A stretch of 64,000 nt of DNA from Marsupella aquatica (taxonomy: Eukaryota; Plantae; Marchantiophyta). The stretch covers positions 16,188,816 through 16,252,815 of the forward strand of contig OZ316895.1 of the NCBI GenBank assembly GCA_973895155.1, given 5' to 3'. Of the stretch, positions 27,472 through 38,486 are shown in pieces. The notes beneath the pieces were generated by a model. That model did not search any database. It was not told where the DNA came from and saw nothing but the letters and a program-made list of their open reading frames with translations. Numbering within the stretch: the first letter of the stretch is position 1; each line of letters begins with the position of its first letter. Made by a program: the position numbers and the translations under genes.

Positions 27472-28947
27472 TCGCCACGCCCTCAATGCCCAGTTCCATT
27501 CTTCGTCTCCGCTGCGTTTACCGTGCACTCCTTTCTGTGCCTTTGCGTTGCGTTTGGGCGAGAGTTGGTGTTGTTTTTCTGGTGGCTTCCTTGGCTTCCT
27601 TTCGCTGCTTCGAATCCCTGCCCTTCATCGGTTCCTTGCTCTGCGGCAGAGGGGGAGAGAGGGACGCAGTGGTGGTTTCGAATCTGTGAATCTGTGAATC
27701 TGTTCGGGTTTCGGAGCACCACTAACGCACAACACACGAGAGAGCGAGAGCGAGAGAGTCTGTTTCCGAGAGTGGGAAGGAAGTCCCCGTGTTTGTTTGA
27801 ATCTGTGAAAAAATTGGTTGGGAGCAGCGAGCGGGGTGTCGTTACTGGCCAGCCTGTTTTTCTGGTTCTTGCCAGGAAGAGGAGGGGGCGGGGGTGGAAT
27901 TCGTGGTTGTGCTGGTGTGGGCGGTAGGAAGAGGGAGGAGAGAAATAGACACCCGTTCTCAGTTGTGTGGCGATGGAGAGCATGTGGAAGAGGAGTGGGA
28001 GATGAGGAGAGAGGAGCACGGCGTTGCTGAGTGATGTGACTGCATTTTCTCCATTCCATTATTGAATCGCCGTTCTGCTTCCAGTCGAGTGCGGTGAATG
28101 TTAGCGATCGCCATCCGTGCATTTTTATTCGAATGCACAGTGACGATCGGTTTTTTGTGTCTGTCGTGGAGGAAGAGGAGAGGTCAGGACTGGCTGGGTT
28201 GTGGAGTGGTTAAAAATAGCGCAGTCTGGGGGTCCGTCCAAATCTGCCAAAGCATGAGGAGAACGGTCTGAGAGGTTTCTACCTATTCGGAAGTCTCACG
28301 CGTACACGGGAGTGTGGCGGAAGAAGCCGCTGGATTTGGAAAATGAGATAGGCACCTTGCGGCCCTGGATTGAATGCGTGGCACTGTACCGCTGCCGAAG
28401 TCTTCCCTCCTGCCCTTAGGAAGATTTCTAACCTGGGACAAGCACTCGTTTCCCTCGCCCTCGACTGAGTCCAGCAGTTTGCGATAGTCTTCATTGCCAT
28501 GATGCCTCGTCTTCCCTTCAGTAGAAGCTCCAGCTATAGAGCCCCAAGGTAACGTCCGAGGCCGTCGTGCTAGAGCCAGTGACGTTCGCTTTCTTCGGTG
28601 CGATCTTACAGTTTCCAATTTCCGGACTCTTCGATTTTAGAAATATTGGGAACTAGCGTGGATTTCTCCTGCGCTCTCTCGCTTGTTCCGGTTCTTAGCC
28701 CGTGTCATCGTGTCGCTCACACTGCTGTCTCCCATTCTCCAAGTGACGTCCATCAGATTTGTTCATGCCCTCTCGCGTCCTTCCTGCGTTCTAGCTAATC
28801 CTCAGGACCATCCCTTCCCGCCAACACGGCGGATGTGAAATTTTCGATAGCAATTGTTGTAGAGACTGCCCCGCCTTGGAGTGCAACTACCAGGTTTCCT
28901 GGCAAAGGTCTTCTGAAGCGTCTTAAAGCGTAGATGTCTGAAAAGCC

Positions 28948-31545
28948 ATGAGGAGTGCGTACCCTAGCTCTCAGTCATTTTTCGATTCTACGTCCGATTC
29001 GATCAGAGCAGAAGACATTGAGAAATGCAGGAGTAGTGCCTCGTTCAGTTCATTGGCGGACTTGTTCACAAACCCTTCTAGTAAATCTGACTTGTTCCCG
29101 CACACTAGGGCTCCCGTTTCCGTAGCAGAGGAGGTTCGTTTTCCTGCGAAGAAGAAGAGAGAGTGTGAAGAGAGGACCTCCATTTGGCACGAGTGGGGCT
29201 CCGGAGAATGTCAAAGTGAGAATGTCGCTGAGGAAAGTTCAGGTTTCACGTCAAATTTGATCCGTGGTGGCAAATCTTCGATCTTGTGTCCGAGTTCGTT
29301 TCCGAACCTGGGATCTGCCAATATCAGCTTGTTGACCGAGGACTTCACGTTCCCTGCTCGTAAAAGACGAGAGGAGGGAAGTTCCTGGCGTGAGGAGAGG
29401 ACTTCGTGGCAGGACTGGAGCACAAGCGTAGCTCCCAAGAGAAGAGAGCAAACAAGGACGGGTAGCTCCCCTGTAGTTGGTTCAATTCAGGATATGTACC
29501 TGAGTAAGCCCTGCACCAAACCGTTGGATTTTGTTATCAGCTCTAAATCGAGCCCTTTCTCTAGTCTTGGGGCTCCCGTGAAGAGCGCCTCGGAAGAGGT
29601 CTCCTTTCCAGCCAGGAAAAAGAGGGAGGAGAGAAGCTTCTGGCAGGAGTCTAGCTTGGATGGTAGCACCCAACCGGATTGTGTAGTCGTTGCGCCTCCT
29701 CGGCAGAGCGCGCCCGGTGTGGGTTCACTTGCAGATATGTATAAGAGAAAAGCACCTAGCGGCTTATTCTCCAAGGGCGCTGTCAGCGGCTCGGAGGAGG
29801 TTATTTTTCCCAAAAGAAGGAATAACGCAGACAGAAATGCTTGGAGAGATTGGACAAACACTGGATACAGTGACTATGAGGATGGAGAGGACCAGGATGG
29901 CTTCCGCGAAGAGAATTCACCTAAGCCTATTATGGTGGTCGTTGGCACGGAGACTGGCTTGGCATGTCCAGCAGTGAATTCACCATGCAGCATTGAAGGC
30001 TCTAGCAGATTCTCAGTTAGTGAGAATTCGCCATTGTCTGAATGTATGAGCAGATCGTCTGTTCGCAAACCAGGCGGTGGTGCAGTGGGTGCATTGCAGT
30101 CATCGAGCATTCAAGTACAAGTTTGTGAAGAGGTGTCGGGTCCCATCAAAGGTCTGATGTGCAATGTGGATGAATCAGGACACGTCGATCATCAAGCTGA
30201 GAGAACCATGGACGGGGGAGAGGCCTCTGATGTTACTGACGACATTGGGGCTAACGTAGATCATGTGCAGGAGGGAAGCTTTCGATATTTTACGAGTGGA
30301 CAGAGGCGTGGTCGAAGTACTGGTAAGTACCCACCACCTCTACGGTCTCTCTCGAGACCGGGACAATCTCGAGTCCCTACTCACATGCCATGGGTTCAAC
30401 TCCAACCTATTCGAAGCAAAGGGAGATTCGTACTGCAAGAGGTGAAAGTAACCCAGCCCGTTGTTTTTCAGCCCATCAGGACGGGGGGCCGCTTGGTTTT
30501 GCAGCTGATCGGACAAGAGAAGAGCTTCCATATAGGAGATGAAGTAGCGAGACACCGTGGAAATGGTGCAGTCGCCGAGGCTAAAGTCACAGTTACCTCA
30601 GGAAAGGGAGGCTTGCAAGAATCGTTGACGGTGAAGACAGAGGTGAAGGTAGTAGAGAAGACAGACGTGAGTCAATCCCTCGACAACGTTAGAAGAGAAG
30701 GAAGTGAGAGAAGGAAGATTTCCAATGTACGATCAGCAGAGATTGAGCAAAGGAAGAAATCTGCAAAAGTTTGGCCAGTCGTAGGAACGTCCTGGGAAGC
30801 ACTACCGGGAGACGGGGTTGCGGCTGATATGTGGGACAGGAAGTCAAGTAATGTTCGGGAGTTGCGGTACATGACAGACGAGATGGTTGTGTCTTCTGAC
30901 CGATGCCCCGAGCGGGACAGAACCATCCCTTCCGAGGGCGGCCTTGCTCCAGATAGATCGTGGCTCCTTGGGAAGTTGTCCACCGAAAGTAGAACTTTTG
31001 ATGCGAGAAAGTCACTGCATTCCGGAAGTCAATTCCGGAATGCGGTGGATCGTTTGGGGCAAAAGGGAAATGTCATCTCGATTCCCAGAGTGAGAGAAAG
31101 TGCTCCTCTTCGTCTGCAGTTCCAAACGTTGCCTCGAGCCGCAAGCTTGCGGAATGGGCTATCTGGGCTCAACTGCCCGCGCGTTGAAGGAGGAGGTAAT
31201 TTGGGAAGGAGCAGCAAGAGCATCAAGAGTTCGTCGCTTGCTGATGCTGCCGCGATAGAGTCTGGAAAGGAAGAGAGGACTTCGGATCCCGTTCCAGCTC
31301 GAGCTCAGGAGTCGAGACCTTCGCTTTCCGTGTACCAAGGGATAATTCGGGACAGTTTTCTAAGTTTAGCTACTGCACATTCTTTCTTAAGGTCTCTGAG
31401 GACGAGGCCTGACATTCCCGGCGAGCTTGACCCGAGAGTGCCAAGCTGTAAACCTCCTGTTGCATCTGTGTTTTCTTGCGCTGATGGGGTGGGTACACTG
31501 CATCATGAAAAAAACTTTTGGGAGCAGCAGCCGTGCGTGTCATAA
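28948..31545 (+). CDS. FANTASTIC FOUR (FAF)-like protein, 865 aa, single coding exon
   Basis: Intact long ORF with an in-frame stop just upstream; FAF domain YPPPLRSL...R.KGRFVLQEV...FQPIRTGGRLVLQL (30328-30510); upstream VGTETG motif; C-terminal FW..PCVS. Confidence 0.85.
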   Translation: MRSAYPSSQSFFDSTSDSIRAEDIEKCRSSASFSSLADLFTNPSSKSDLFPHTRAPVSVAEEVRFPAKKKRECEERTSIWHEWGSGECQSENVAEESSGFTSNLIRGGKSSILCPSSFPNLGSANISLLTEDFTFPARKRREEGSSWREERTSWQDWSTSVAPKRREQTRTGSSPVVGSIQDMYLSKPCTKPLDFVISSKSSPFSSLGAPVKSASEEVSFPARKKREERSFWQESSLDGSTQPDCVVVAPPRQSAPGVGSLADMYKRKAPSGLFSKGAVSGSEEVIFPKRRNNADRNAWRDWTNTGYSDYEDGEDQDGFREENSPKPIMVVVGTETGLACPAVNSPCSIEGSSRFSVSENSPLSECMSRSSVRKPGGGAVGALQSSSIQVQVCEEVSGPIKGLMCNVDESGHVDHQAERTMDGGEASDVTDDIGANVDHVQEGSFRYFTSGQRRGRSTGKYPPPLRSLSRPGQSRVPTHMPWVQLQPIRSKGRFVLQEVKVTQPVVFQPIRTGGRLVLQLIGQEKSFHIGDEVARHRGNGAVAEAKVTVTSGKGGLQESLTVKTEVKVVEKTDVSQSLDNVRREGSERRKISNVRSAEIEQRKKSAKVWPVVGTSWEALPGDGVAADMWDRKSSNVRELRYMTDEMVVSSDRCPERDRTIPSEGGLAPDRSWLLGKLSTESRTFDARKSLHSGSQFRNAVDRLGQKGNVISIPRVRESAPLRLQFQTLPRAASLRNGLSGLNCPRVEGGGNLGRSSKSIKSSSLADAAAIESGKEERTSDPVPARAQESRPSLSVYQGIIRDSFLSLATAHSFLRSLRTRPDIPGELDPRVPSCKPPVASVFSCADGVGTLHHEKNFWEQQPCVS

Positions 31546-34500
31546 CCGGGAAAGATAAATGTTTCGAATCCAGTCTGCAGTTCTTCCCGGAGGAAGCTGT
31601 ACACGGACTCCTTCCTCTCCTCTTCGCAGCGTACCGTCCAGGATGTTTTTCTGGCCATTCTCATGCCCGCGCATCCACAAGGTGACAATTATGCAGCGGG
31701 ATTTTGTCGGAGAAAAGGATAGTGAAATTTTTGTTGTTGACAACAATTCATATTCGTCGATTATTCATGTGTTCTCGGTTACTGTAGTTCTTTCATTCAA
31801 CAAGACAAGAGGGTTGACTTCCTTCGAAGTCTTATTGTAGCCAGCGAGTAGGTAGGATGTAGAGTCGCCATCTAATTGTCCATAAATTCACAATATGGCG
31901 GAGAGGAAACCCGATAGAAAAGCAATCTCGAGCAAGCAGACGGAACCCACCACCAGACTATATGTAAATGTGACCCATTTTGTCCACAAATTTCATGACT
32001 GCGCGTAGTATGCGTGCAGAAAGTCGGAACGCATGTAAATTGTCTATCGGTGACTCATTCGTGAGGTTGATTCGTTGGCAGCTTCGCGTACTTGATCTTT
32101 TGTAAATATTCGCATTTAATGTAAATGTGGCTCCCATTTTGTACAGAAACCAAATGTCTCTCAGGTGGGCTGCTCAAATTATCGTCAGACTACCCATCGT
32201 GCACAAGGGTACCGGTTTCCAAGGTCTTGTCTAGATTGAGCTTCGGTTTGTGTGACGATAGAGTGGGTGTTGTTTGAGGTTCTTGTCCAACAAATGCAAG
32301 CGAATTGCCTTTTGGACAAGTGGATGCCTAGTTCATTTGCTATTGAATGCTTCATGTCAAGTTCCTTTGCGACTTAATGCTTTGCCTATACACCTTCTGC
32401 TGAATGAACACGTTTAGATGTCGATAACTCTGGGGTTCCAGAGGTTCCCGATGGATACAGCTGGAGTCTCCTTGTCTATAGGACTCCGTGAGATTCTATG
32501 AACCGGCTGGGTTTCATTGCATCATTACAAGTTCGAAGATGTGTGAGAGTCCCAGCATGCATCGAAGCTGGACGAGTAACATAAGAAGTCAGTAGGGTTT
32601 AAGGTTCTAGGGTTTAAGACGAAATGTTAAGATGTACTATAGGAGGGACAACAAGAGCAAGGAAGCAATGGGTCCACTACTAAAAAGGTCTCATCACGTT
32701 TCCCTCGAGGATTACTGCCAAACAAGTTTGCAAATTCTCCTTCGCTTGTTCCCACCGGCAAACCAAAAGGTTAGCCACCTTGAGAGCCCGCGGAGGCGTC
32801 GGCTGTAAAAGGTACGAAAGTAAACATCCTTCCCTGGTGGCACGCGGTTTGTGGTCGGAGATGTATGCCTTACGGTAACTTAATCATGATTGTCTACTCG
32901 TACTGTATGGAACGTAGTCCCTTCGCTAGGAACCCATTTGATCATTACCGTATGTCCAAACGCCCCAGTTCCCTGGAAAGCCTGGAAAGGAGGTACGACG
33001 AAGGTGGCGCAGTTGTTAAAGGATCGGAACGTGTTTGTGAGGACACCTGGGCGTGGACTTGGGGTTCGGACTTGTTATCAAACGAATCTCGCGTCCACTT
33101 TTACGAGTGCTGATGCAAAAATTCCCCCTGTTTAAAGGAGTCAAAATGTCGTTAAGTCTTCTGCACTACTACCATCAAGAAATCATTCAACCGCGTAGCG
33201 GCGGCCGCAGCTCACTCGTGTAGTCTGCTGGTGTGGACTTTTCCTTGCCCGGAGGAACGATTCCCAGAGTGAGTGATGCGAGATTTTGCAACCAGGTGGT
33301 GAGCCCCGTTCTCCTCTCTCTGGACCACAGTAACAATCAGGGCCTTTGCTGCTCCCCGACAGTTGATCCTCACCCGAGTTCCCTTTCTCAGATGCGATAA
33401 TTTTCTCCCCGGTGTCTTCCTATCTTTCTTCGACTTGAACACCTTTCGCTTTTGGAGATGCTCTTCTGGTCTGCTCTCTCATCTCTCATCACTCCGAAAG
33501 ACCACTGGCGAATCACCGTACAGGGAACTGATGGGGTCCTGACGTGATTGGTTGGCACTGACGAAAAAGCTGCAACCGAGCTTTATTTATTTGTCTTGTT
33601 GCTTTCTGTCGTGCTCTGTGATGATAAGTAGTACCTAGTTTTCCTTCGTCCTGAGTGGCAGCTCTCGACAGAACCAGCGAGAGTGGGAGAGACACAACAA
33701 TGGCTGTGTCATCTTTTCTAAACTAGTCTTTTGGGGGAGCAGCACGAGGGGCACGCAAGCACTCAGTCATTCCTCCGACTCATGACTGGCAACTGCTCTC
33801 TCCTGTCGTCTGTCCCCCATTGACGAGGAGGTCAATCTCCCTTCCTCCGTCCCTCGACTGTAGCGAGAGTTGCTGCTATTGGGTCGAATATCACATGTCG
33901 AAGCAAATTCCGCGGGCCTGGGCGAGCCTCCGCACTAGGACATTGAACATTCGCAATCAGGCAGGCAGAAATGAAGCCCGGCAGGCGGGGGGCAAAGGGC
34001 ATTCGCAGAGTCTCATCACTCTGCAGCAGCAGCCCACAAAGCTATACTTACTCATTCTGATCAGTGATTGATTGTTGGAGTCAACTACTTGCTGGAAAAG
34101 CAACATCGTGTTCGGAACAGGTTGGGTCGGGGAATAATTGTTGGCCAAGAACGCGGAAGGGCTCTACTACTACTACTGTCGATCTACTCAGTCTACAGCG
34201 CAGTCATCATAGGAGTGTTCCAGGATATCGAGCATGAAAGTTCATAATGATCGATCTCGTAAATGACCCCGTCACCCACTCTAGCTTGGGAATTGATGGA
34301 CTAAAGCAATTTTCAAAGGTCACTCTGCATGATAGTATTTCGGCAAAGGCGGGTCAAATGTTCTCGATCAGTGAAGGAGAACACGACTCGCAGTCACACA
34401 TCTCCCTCTTGCTTTTCCGTCAGTAGGTCTCACTTCAACTTTACTCTAGGTCATTGCAACCATACCTGAGCGGCGTGATCACGTTCGTAGCATGCTGGAA

Positions 34501-35519
34501 ATCGAATGAATTTGAGAAAGAGCAATTGACGTTACGCTGCATCGATGATGCTTCATTAGTATGCTGATCGAACGTAATTAGAGACACCCCGTTTGCGGAT
34601 GGTGTAGATGGAATCTCATGAGGTGTATGCGGCTCCCTGCTAGAGAAGACTAGGAGGGGAGGGGCACAGAGACACAAGTAATCTGAACTATACCGTTCGA
34701 TTATAATTTACACTAGTGGGCCCGAGACTAGTAAATATGTAACATCGACTTGCGCTCGCGTGATCGCTGGAGTAGATTTCCTGTACGACCTTTTGAGAAG
34801 TCTGGTCAGAAGTTCTTCATTCCGCACCGCTGAATAATATGCCACCCAACAGCTGAATAACTGCACCCGCACAAGCCTGGTATAGTATCATCATCATCAC
34901 AATTCTGCGGTAGTGCAGTAGGTTCAACGCACCCGGGCCTACACTCCTCCTCCTCCTCCTCCTCCTGCACAACGATCAATCCCGCGACAGTAGCCGTGTT
35001 GTTTGTCATCACAGACAACCACCAATTCGTGTGCAAATGCACGAGCACCACAAGAAGAGGCAAGCACATTAAATCATTAATCGCTCGAAAAGCAGGGAGG
35101 GATCCGGAATGAATCGAAAGTGGGTCTGACTACGTCTGCAAAAAGTGATTGAAACGCAATCTCAAGGAGAACCTGGCGAGAGGTACATGCTCACCTGTTG
35201 CACACAGTACCGTCCTTGACTGTACTGTTTGAACCGTAGGTTACGAGGTCCAATGTCCTATTGGGATTCGAATTTTCTCATAAAGCGACGATAGCTGATG
35301 AGCTTACCATTCTGATTCTCAGATGCGGCCTACCGTACAGATGGCAAGAAATCAACAACTCCCATCCTCAGGGTATTATTAGATTGTCGGATAATAATGA
35401 GTTCATCAGTTGCTTTTGAGATCCCTGTCATCAAGCCTGCTGTACATCGCAACATCCTTTTGGAATTATTACGAGGTCAGATGACCTGCTAAGCAGCTTT
35501 ATTGATGGAGCCTCCATAG

Positions 35520-36178
35520 GGCACTCATCACAACCCCAATATTAGCGATGTTTTCTATCTCTAATGTACATTGTGCACTGAACATGTTCCAAGACACAAA
35601 AGCCCCGGGTAACCACTAATGCTGCCTGCATACAGTATCACTCTTCCCTTTCCAAAGAGGCACTCAACCCCCACCATTTTGTTATCTGGATTTAAAAGCA
35701 CAAGCCACCATAGTATAGTGCCAATGTCGACATCCACAATTCCAGTTCCACAGAGGTGGAGCATTCAGCACCCTCAATCTGGATATCATTTTGCCTCTGG
35801 ATCATACCCTGTTCAGGTCTAAAGAAACGAGCCTCCCCCTCCTGTTTGACCACCAGTTTTTCCAGACAATCAGGTCCGAATTCCCTTACGGAGTGGATGG
35901 AGTTTCCATATGGCATCAAACGCCTCAGGGACCCCTAGCAAGTAACACATTTCATTTGGGGTCCCATCAAGCAAATCACTCTCAAGGGCCCCCACATATG
36001 TACATTTGTTATCTGGATTGTGCCAAATGCAAGCTTTATTTTTTTAGTTTTCCTATCAAGTGGGGTTCTAAAGATACCAGCCCTCCATTCCATACCGATC
36101 TTGTCCTTGATCCTGTGTAGGCAAACAGTCCAACTCCTTTCACAACACAAATAACAATGATTTAGCTGATTGGGTCTC
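35520..36178 (-). mobile_element. Decayed L1-like LINE, 3' part; target of the Gypsy-type insertion
   Basis: GGL remnant (reverse complement of ccagccctccattc, ~36077-36090) lies downstream of the FWS..WHWLS motif found on the other side of the insertion. Confidence 0.35.
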
Positions 36179-37236
36179 TGTCATGCCGAGGGACAGTGCC
36201 TTTTGTGCACATCGGCATGTCCCTCGCATGCCCGCTAGGTATGTAGTTAGGGCTAGTGTACTACTTGAGTTAGTGTCATGTTCTTGTAGCGAGTCTGGGC
36301 TGTTCTTGAAGCAAAAGGGGTTTGTTAGTGTGGCGCCTGGACCTGGTCCTACTTAGGGCATGTTTTTCTTTATCGTTCTTCAGTTCTTCTTGAATCGCTG
36401 TTGACAGAGCTCAGACAGTGCTCGTCGGTTCCGTACACAGGATTCACACAGTGATTCGTTAGATGCTCCCGGCCGATCTTGGCATCCCGCCAGTTTTTGA
36501 TTCAATTTCAGTACGATTGTTTCTCTTACGCCTTTTATTCAAGAAGAACTGCCGAGTTGGCGGTGAGGGGAAGAAGATAGAAGACATTCTCGTCTCAGAT
36601 GTTTATGTCGGTTCAGACAATTTCCGTCGAAACCGGTGCAATTTCTTTGAGCAACAATGGAGGGACGAGTTGAAATTATGGGTTCAATATGGTGTTATGT
36701 GTATACTTAACATAAGTATACACATAACGCTCCCGTTGGAGCCTGACTTTTCTTCCCAGTTGTACCCGGGGACCCTTTGCTGCTTCCGACTGTGGCTGCT
36801 GACTGCCACTACCTTTTTCGGGCCAATTTTGCGATGTTTTTGCAGGAGGGGCTGTCTGCATAGGGCCACGAGCCCCTTCTTGGCTGCGCCTCCCTGCGCC
36901 ATGCTACCTTCCGGCCGGCTACAAGCCACGGGTTGCAGGTCGATGCCTTTACTCTTGCTCGGAGCCCTGTAAAGGGTCGCACGCCAGGTTTATTTTCGCC
37001 TCACGGCTGTGTTCGTACTGCGTCCTTCTCCCTCTGTGTATACACATCGGGGGCGACAACCTTCCCTTACCATTTTCTTTTCCTTCTGCTCACCGGTACG
37101 TGCATAGGGCATCGTGCCCTCCACTCGATTAGGACTCGTTTTCTTTCTTTCCCCTTTGCCGTTTTCTTTCCTTCCCCCCGGTTGCCAGCACTTAATAGGG
37201 GAGAGGGAGCGAGTACAAGCGAGAGCTGAGAGAGAG

Positions 37237-37700
37237 AGGGCACGAGGCCCTATGAAGAATTAAGGAGGGGAGGGGGAGTTCACGTCGACTCCCCTCGGGA
37301 GCCCTGCCAAGCACGAGGCCCAACTTACAGGGCATTAGAGGAGGGGAAGGGAAGCGCAAGGAGTGGGCACGAAGCCCTATGCTGACATAAAGAGGGGGAG
37401 GGGGAGTAATCATTCGACTCCCTCTCTCGGGAGTCATCCTGCAGGGCACAGAGCCCACTTTTAGCATTAAAGCAGGGGAGGGGGAATTCAATTAGACTCC
37501 CTTCTCTTGGGGGTAGGTTCACCTGTGGCCAGGCAGGAGCGCAAGGAGAGGGCACCCGGCCCTAGGCAGCATTAAGAGGGAGTCGATTCCTTTTGCCAGG
37601 CCCAAAACTCATTTAAGGAGGGGAGGGGGAGTTAGTCGCTCCCTTCTCTTCGGGAGCACATCAGGAGCCAGGAGGGGGGGCGTGAAGCCCTATGCAGGGC
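37237..37700 (+). repeat. Array of ~6 degenerate GC-rich units in the retroelement leader
   Basis: Recurring gggcac..gccc, then attaaggaggggagggggag, then gactccc..ggga. Confidence 0.75.
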
Positions 37701-38486
37701 CCGAGCCATTGATTGGGGCCCCATTTCTTTCCTTTCGCTGTGCCCTCGCCCTTTTCTTTTTCGCCTCGCTTCGCTTTCTCTTTTATTCACCTGCAGCAAA
37801 GCGCACGGTGCCCCCGAGTGTGTATACACACTCGTTCGGTTGCCGGTCCCCACCTGATTTTTCTTTTCGGTAGACGCGCACCTTCTGTCAGTTCCCGGGT
37901 CCACATCGGGGCCCAATGTATACACATAACTGGGCCCCATGTTTATACATTTGAAAAGGCCCAGGTATACACATGGGACGGCAATCCGACATCGCCTATG
38001 TATACACATAGGCAAGCACAACGGGGACACAATTTGAGGTTTTAAGGGTCCCTTTCCCTGATGGTTTTTCGACGGTGACGGGTTTTCTCAGTGCTTACAC
38101 ATTCTACACATTTTTGCCTCGCATTGTTTGTTTCCTTTGTGGGTTTCATTTCCTAGCCTTGGGGCTGCCATTTCTTTTTCTTGTCAGTTTCTTTCCCATC
38201 GGCACCCCAAGTGAGCATGCAGCATGTCAGCAGAGGAGCCGACTCATAGCAGCTCATCGCCACCAACACCCAGGTACCACTTGCGGAGTGATCCACGATC
38301 GTTGGTGCCAATTTCATTGGAGTCTCGGCAATTTCGATGACGTCAACAGACAGCAGCAGCACCCACACCACGCAATCCTTCTGCTACATTTGGCGGTCGC
38401 TTCACCTCTACCCGAAGCCTGCTATCACTTCTTTGCCTTTTTCTCCTTCTGCATCAGTGATTGTTCCAGCTTCACCGACATACAGC

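Noticed and set aside
36558-36570. TGGCGGTGAGGGG as a tRNA primer-binding site
   Set aside because: It has the TGG start but is not preceded by an LTR-ending CA, I cannot match it to a plant cytosolic tRNA, and it is absent from the 60600 copy; left unresolved
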